From Eledone cirrhosa (taxonomy: Eukaryota): 64,000 bases of DNA. The stretch is taken from the NCBI GenBank assembly GCA_964016885.1, contig OZ024743.1:176576001-176640000 (forward strand), in the 5' to 3' direction. A model generated the notes under the pieces. That model searched no databases. It saw only the letters and a program-made list of their open reading frames with translations, and was not told where the DNA came from. The position numbers were made by a program, and so were the translations under genes. Positions 56,801-64,000 of the stretch are shown here, one piece after another; the stretch's first letter is position 1; the number at the start of each line of letters is the position of its first letter.

Positions 56801-59800
56801 TAGGTATTGTGTGTTAGTGTGTGTAGTAGGTATTGTGTGTTAGTGTGTGTAGTTAGTATTGTGTGTTAGTGTGTGTAGTAGGTATTGTGTGTTAGTGTGT
56901 GTAGAAGGTATTGTCTATAGTAGGAATTGTGTGTTAGTGTGTGTAGAAGGTATTGTGTGTTAGTGTGTATAGTAGGTATTGTGTGTTAGTGTGTGTAGTA
57001 GGTATTGTGTGTTAGTGAGTGTAGTAGGTATTGTGTGTTAGTGTGTGTAGTAGGTTTTGTGTGTTAGTGTGTGTAGTAGGTATTGTGTGTTAGTGTGTGT
57101 AGTAGGTATTGTGTGTTAGTTTGTGTAGTAGGTATTGTGTGTTAGTGTGTGTAGTAGATATTGTTTAGAGTAGGTATTGTGTGTTAGTGAGTGTAGTAGG
57201 TATTGGGTGTTAGTGTGTGTAGTAGGTAGTGTGTGTTAGTGTGTGTAGTAGGTATTAGGTGTTAGTGTGTGTGGTAGGTATTGTGTGCTAGTGTGTGTAG
57301 TAGGTATTGTGTGTTAGTGTCTATAGTAGGTATTGTGTGTTAGTGTGTGTAGTAGGTATTGTGTGTTAGTGTGTGTAGTAGGTACTTTCTATAGTAGGTA
57401 TTGTGTGTTAGTGTGTGTAGTAGGTATTGTGTGTAGTGTGTGTAGTAGGTATTGTGTGTTAGTGTGTGTCGTAGGTATTGTGTGTTAGTGTGTGTAGTAG
57501 GTATTGTGTGTTAGTGTCTATAGTAGATATTGTGTGTTAGTGTGTGTAGTAGGTATTGTGTGTTAGTGTGTGTAGTAGGTATTTTCTATAGTAGGTATTG
57601 CGTGTTAGTGTGTGTAGTAGGTATTGTGTGTTAGTGTGTATAGTAGGTATTGTGTGTTAGTTTGTGTAGTAGGTATTGTGTGTTAGTGAGTGTAGTAGGT
57701 ATTGTGTGTTAGTGTGTGTAGTTGGTATTGTGTGTTAGTGTGTGTAGTAGGTATTGTGTGTTAGATTGTGTAGTAGGTATTGTGTGTTAGTGTGTGTAGT
57801 AGGTATTGTGTGTTAGTTTGTGTAGTAGGTATTGTGTGTTAGTGTGTGTAGAAGGTATTGTCTATAGTAGGTATTGTGTGTTAGTGTGTGTAGTAGGTAT
57901 TGTATGTTAGTGTGTATAGTAGGTATTGTGTATTAGTGTGTGTAGTAGGTATTGTGTGTTAGTGTGTGTAGTAGGTATTGTGTGTTAGTGTCTGTAGTAG
58001 GTATTGTGTGTTAGTGTGTATAGTAGGTATTGTGTGTTAGTGTGTGTAGTAGGTATTGTGTGTTAGTGTGTGTAGTAGGTATTGTGTGTTAGTGTGTGTA
58101 GTAGGTATTGTGTGTTAGTGTGTGTAGTAGGTTTTGTGTGTTAGTGTGTGTAGTAGGTATTGTGTGTTAGTGTGTGTAGTTGGTATTGTGTGTTAGTGTG
58201 TGTAGAAGGTATTGTCTATAGTAGGTATTGTGTGTTAGTGTGTGTAGTAGGTATTGTGTGTTAGTGTGTATAGTAGGTATTGTGTGTTAGTTTGTGTAGT
58301 AGGTATTGTGTGTTAGTGAGTGTAGTAGGTATTGTGTGTTAGTGTGTGTAGTAGGTATTGTGTGTTAGTGTGTGTAGTAGGTATTTTGTGTTAGATCGTG
58401 TAGTAGGTATTGTGTGTTAATGTGTGTAGTAGGTATTGTGTGTTAGTGTGTGTAGTAGGTATTGTGTGTTAGTGTGTATAGTAGGTATTGGTGGTGTTAG
58501 TGTTTGTAGTAGGTATTGTGTGTTAGTGTGTGTAGTAGGTATTGTGTGTTAGTGTGTGTAATAGGTATTGAGTGTTAGTGTGTGTAGTAGGTATTGTGAG
58601 TTTGTGAGTGTAGTAGGTATTTTGTGTTAGTGTGTGTAGTAGGTTTTGTGTGTTAGTGTGTGTAGTAGGTATTGTGTGTTAGTGTGTGTAGTAGGTATTG
58701 TGTGCTAGTGTGTGTAGGAGGTATTGTCTATAGTAGGTATCGTGTATTAGTGTGTGTAGTAGGTATTGTGTGTTAGTGTGTGTAGTAGGTATTGTGTGTT
58801 AGTGTGTGTAGTTGGTATTGTGTGTTAGTGTGTGTAGTAGGTATTGTGTGTTAGTGTGTGTAGAAGGTATTGTCTATAGTAGGAATTGTGTGTTAGTGTG
58901 TGTAGAAGGTATTGTGTGTTAGTGTGTATAGTAGGTATTGTGTGTTAGTGTGTGTAGTAGGTATTGTGTGTTAGTGAGTGTAGTAGGTATTGTGTGTTAG
59001 TGTGTGTAGTAGGTTTTGAGTGTTAGTGTGTGTAGTAGGTATTGTGTGTTAGTGTGTGTAGTAGGTATTGTGTGTTAGTTTGTGTAGTAGGTATTGTGTG
59101 TTAGTGTGTGTAGTTGGTATTGTGTGTTAGTGTGTGTAGTAGATATTGTCTAGAGTAGGTATTGTGTGTTAGTGAGTGTAGTAGGTATTGGCTGTTAGTG
59201 TGTGTCGTAGGTATTGTGTGTTAGTGTCTATAGTAGGTATTGTGTGTTAGTGTCTATAGTAGGTATTGTGTGTTAGTGTGTGTAGTAGGTATTGTGTGTT
59301 AGTGTGTGTAGTAGGTATTTTCTATAGTAGGTATTGTGTGTTAGTGTGTGTAGTAGGTATTGTGTGTAGTGTGTGTAGTAGGTATTGTGTGTTAGTGTGG
59401 GTCGTAGGTATTATGTGTTAGTGTGTGTAGTAGGTATTGTGTGTTAGTGTCTATAGTAGATATTGTGTGTTAGTGTGTGTAGTAGGTATTGCGTGTTAGT
59501 GTGTGTAGTAGGTATTGTGTGTTAGTGTGTATAGTAGGTATTGTGTGTTAGTTTGTGTAGTAGGTATTGTGTGTTAGTGAGTGTAGTAGGTATTGTGTGT
59601 TAGTGTGTGTAGTAGTTATTGTTTGCTAGTGTGTGTAGTAGGTATTGTGTGTTAGTGTGTGTAGTAGGTATTGTGTGTTAGTTTGTGTAGTAGGTATTGT
59701 GTGTTAGTGTGTGTAGTAGGTATTGTGTGTTAGTGTGTGTAGTAGGTATTGTGTGTTAGATTGTGTAGTAGGTATTGTGTGTTAGTGTGTGTAGAAGGTA

Positions 59801-62800
59801 TTGTCTATAGTAGGTATTGTGTGTTAGTGTGTGTAGTAGGTATTGTGTGTTAGTGTCTGTAGTAGGTATTGTGTGTTAGTGTGTATAGTAGGTATTGTGT
59901 GTTAGTGTGTGTAGTAGGTATTGTGTGTTAGTGTGTGTAGTAGGTATTGTGTGTTAGTGTGTGTAGTAGGTATTGTGTGTTAGTGTGTGTAGTAGGTTTT
60001 GTGTGTTAGTGTGTGTAGTAGGTATTGTGTGTTAGTGTGTGTAGTTGGTATTGTGTGTTAGTGTGTGTAGTAGGTATTGTGTGTTAGTGTGTGTAGAAGG
60101 TATTGTCTATAGTAGGTATTGTGTGTTAGTGTGTGTAGAAGATATTGTGTGTTAGTGTGTATAGTAGGTATTGTGTGATAGTGTGTGTAGTAGGTTTTGT
60201 GTGTTAGTGTGTGTAGTAGGTATTGTGTGTTAGTGTGTGTAGTTGGTATTGTGTGTTAGTGTGTGTAGTAGGTATTGTGTGTTAGTGTGTGTAGAAGGTA
60301 TTGTCTATAGTAGGTATTGTGTGTTAGTGTGTGTAGTAGGTATTGTGTGTTAGTGTGTGTAGTAGGTATTGTGTGTTAGTGTCTATAGTAGATATTGTGT
60401 GTTAGTGTGTGTAGTAGGTATTGTGTGTTAGTGTGTGTAGTAGGTATTGTGTGTTAGTGAGTGTAGTAGGTATTGTGTGTTAGTGTGTGTAGTAGGTATT
60501 GTGTGCTAGTGTGTGTAGTAGGTATTGTCTATAGTAGGTATCGTGTATTAGTGTGTGTAGTAGGTATTGTGTGTTAGTGTGTGTAGTATGTATTGTGTGT
60601 TAGTGTGTGTAGTAGGTATTGTGTGTTAGTGTGTGTAGTAGGTATTGTGTGTTAGTGTGTGTAGTAGGTCTTGTGTGTTAGTGTGTGTAGTAGGTATTGT
60701 GTGTTAGTGTGTGTACTAGGTATTGTGTGTTAGTGTGTGTAGTAGGTATTGTGTGTTAGTTTGTGTAGTAGGTATTGTGTATTAGTGTGTGTAGCAGGTA
60801 TTGTGTATTAGTGTGTGTATTAGGTATTGTGTGTTAGTGTGTGTAGTAGGTATTGTGTGTTAGTGTGTGTAGTAGGTATTGTGTGTTCGTTTGTGTAGTA
60901 GGTATTGTGTGTTAGTGTGTGTAGCAGGTATTGTGTGTTAGTGTGTGTAGTAGGTATTGTGTGTTAGTGTGTGTAGTAGGTATTGTGTGTTAGTGTGTGT
61001 AGTAGGTATTGTGTGTTAGTGTGTGTAGTAGGTATTGTGTGCTAGTGTGTGTAGTAGGTATTGTCTATAGTAGGTATTGTGTGTTAGTGTGTGTAGTAGG
61101 TATTGTGTGTTACTGTGTGAAGCAGGTATTGTGTGTTAGTGTGTGTAGTAGGTATTGTGTTTTAGTGTATGTAGTAGGTATTGTGTGTTAGTGAGTGTAG
61201 TAGGTATTGTGTGTTAGTGTATGTAGAAGGTATTGTGTGTTAGTGTGTGTAGTAGGTATTGTGTGTTAGTGGGTGTAGTAGGTATTGCGTGTTAGTGTGT
61301 ATAGTAGGTATTGTGTGTTAGTGTGTGTAGTAGGTATTGTGTTAGTGTGTTTAGTAGGTATTGTGTGTTAGTGTCTATAGTAGGTATTGTGTGTTTGTGT
61401 GTGTAGTAGGTATTGTGTGTTAGTGTGTGTAGTAGGTATTGTGTGTTAGTGTGTGTAGTAGGTATTAGGTGTTAGTGTGTGTCGTAGGTATTGTGTGTTA
61501 GTGTGTGTAGTAGGTATTGTGTGTTAGTGTCTATAGTAGGTATTGTGTGTTAGTGTGTGTAGTAGGTATTGTGTGTTAGTGTGTGTAGTAGGTATTTTCT
61601 ATAGTAGTTATTGTGTGTTAGTGTGTGTAGTAGGTATTGTGTGTAGTGTGTGTAGTAGGTATTGTGTGTTAGTGTGTGTCGTAGGTATTGTGTGTTAGTG
61701 TGTGTAGTAGGTATTGTGTGTTAGTGTCTATAGTAGATATTGTGTGTTAGTGTGTGTAGTAGGTATTGTGTGTTAGTGTGTGTAGTAGGTATTTTCTATA
61801 GTAGGTATTGCGTGTTAGTGTGTGTAGTAGGTATTGTGTGTTAGTGTGTATAGTAGGTATTGTGTGTTAGTGTGTGTAGTAGGTATTTTCTATAGTAGTT
61901 ATTGTGTGTTAGTGTGTGTAGTAGGTATTGTGTGTAGTGTGTGTAGTAGGTATTGTGTGTTAGTGTGTGTCGTAGGTATTGTGTGTTTGTGTGTGTAGTA
62001 GGTATTGTGTGTTAGTGTGTGTAGTAGGTATTTTCTATAGTAGTTATTGTGTGTTAGTGTGTGTAGTAGGTATTGTGTGTAGTGTGTGTAGTAGGTATTG
62101 TGTGTTAGTGTGTGTCGTAGGTATTGTGTGTTTGTGTGTGTAGTAGGTATTGTGTGTTAGTGTGTGTAGTAGGTATTGTGTGTTAGTGTGTGTAGTAGGT
62201 ATTAGGTGTTAGAGTGTGTCGTAGGTATTGTGTGTTAGTGTGTGTAGTAGGTATTGTGTGTTAGTGTCTATAGTAGCTATTGTGTGTTAGTGTGTGTAGT
62301 AGGTAATGTGTGTTAGTGTGTGTAGTAGGTATTGTGTGTTAGTGCCTATAGTAGGTATTGTGTGTTAGTGTGTGTAGTAGGTATTGTGTGTTAGTGTGTG
62401 TAGTAGGTATTTTCTATAGTAGTTATTGTGTGTTAGTGTGTGTAGTAGGTATTGTGTGTAGTGTGTGTAGTAGGTATTGTGTGTTAGTGTGTGTCGTAGG
62501 TATTGTGTGTTAGTGTGTGTAGTAGGTATTGTGTGTTAGTGTCTATAGTAGATATTGTGTGTTAGTGTGTGTAGTAGGTATTGTGTGTTAGTGTGTGTAG
62601 TAGGTATTTTCTATAGTAGGTATTGCGTGTTAGTGTGTAGTAGGTATTGTGTGTTAGTGTGTATAGTAGGTATTGTGTGTTAGTTTGTGTAGTAGGTATT
62701 GTGTGTTAGTGAGTGTAGTAGGTATTGTGTGTTAGTGTGTGTAGTAGTTATTGTTTGTTAGTGTGTGTAGTAGGCATTGTGTGTTAGTGTGTGTAGTAGG

Positions 62801-64000
62801 TATTGTGTGTTAGTTTGTGTAGTAGGTATTGTGTGTTAGTGTGTGTAGAAGGTATTGTCTATAGTAGGTATTGTGTGTTAGTGTGTGTAGTAGGTATTGT
62901 GTGTTAGTGTGTGTAGTAGGTATTTTCTATAGTAGGTATTGCGTGTTAGTGTGTGTAGTAGGTATTGTGTGTTAGTGTGTATAGTAGGTATTGTGTGTTA
63001 GTTTGTGTAGTAGGTATTGTGTGTTAGTGAGTGTAGTAGGTATTGTGTGTTAGTGTGTGTAGTAGGTATTGTGTGTTAGATTGTGTAGTAGGTATTGTGT
63101 GTTAGTGTGTGTAGTAGGTATTGTGTGTTAGTGTGTGTAGTAGGTTTTGTGTGTTAGTGTGTGTAGTATGTATTGTGTGTTAGTGTGTGTAGTTGGTATT
63201 GTGTGTTAGTGTGTGTAGTAGGTATTGTGTGTTAGTGTGTGTAGAAGGTATTGTCTATAGTAGGTATTGTGTGTTAGTGTGTGTAGTAGGTATTGTATTT
63301 AGTGTGTATAGTAAGTATTGTGTATTAGTGTGTGTAGTAGGTATTGTGTGTTAGTGTGTGTAGTAGGTATTGTGTGTTAGTGTCTGTGGTAGGTATTGTG
63401 TGTTAGTGTGTATAGTAGGTATTGTGTGTTAGTGTGTGTAGTAGGTATTGTGTGTTAGTGTGTGTAGTAGGTATTGTGTGTTAGTGTGTGTAGTAGGTAT
63501 TGTGTGTTAGTGTGTGTAGTAGGTTTTGTGTGTTAGTGTGTGTAGTATGTATTGTGTGTTAGTGTGTGTAGTTGGTATTGTGTGTTAGTGTGTGTAGTAG
63601 GTATTGTGTGTTAGTGTGTGTAGAAGGTATTGTCTATAGTAGGTATTGTGTGTTAGTGTGTGTAGAAGATATTGTGTGTTAGTGTGTATAGTAAGTATTG
63701 TGTGATAGTGTGTGTAGTAGGTATTGTGTGTTAGTGAGTGTAGTAGGTATTGTGTGTTAGTGTGTGTAGTAGGTATTGTGTGTTAGTGTGTGTAGTAGGT
63801 ATTGTGTGTATAGTAGGTATTGTGTGTTAGTGTGTGTAGTAGGTATTGTGTGTTAGTGTGTATAGCAGGTATTGTGTGTTAGTTTGTGTAGTAGGTATTG
63901 TGTGTTAGTGAGTGTAGTATGTATTGTGTGTTAGTGTGTATAGTAGGTATTGTGTGTTAGTTTGTGTAGTAGGTATTGTGTGTTAGTGAGTGTAGTAGGT
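47858..64000. repeat. 26-bp GT-rich satellite (>16 kb, runs off the window) with 16-bp variant units
   Basis: Unit gtaggtattgtgtgttagtgtgtgta; variant gtaggtattgtctata. Confidence 0.98.

Noticed and set aside
47858-64000. Telomeric repeat
   Set aside because: Contains TTAG and TAGG words but no tandem TTAGGG or TTAGG

Overview
AT-rich, extremely microsatellite-dense eukaryotic DNA. The repeat repertoire (tRNA-derived SINEs with a Meta/MESC-like core, RTE LINE remnants, (TA)n/(CA)n/(CATA)n arrays) looks like an octopus/coleoid cephalopod genome; this is an inference. The only host coding sequence I can support is the terminal exon of a class A GPCR (38361-39692, +), covering TM3 to the C-terminus; no TM1-2 exon was found upstream. 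The last ~16 kb is a 26-bp GT-rich satellite with ~2.8-kb higher-order duplication. The main signal is between ~14.5 and 35 kb. It contains a rearranged Penelope-like element (PLE; RT plus C-terminal GIY-YIG) and about ten sequence-unrelated type I hammerhead ribozyme (HHR) folds read by eye. Almost all the HHRs sit in short inserts within (TA)n tracts. Several have unusual architecture (U.U-closed stem II, 60-90 nt stem II insertions). Three unrelated families share an asymmetric fold-back layout with both 3' ends pointing outward. Nearly all ORFs in the supplied track are microsatellite artefacts.
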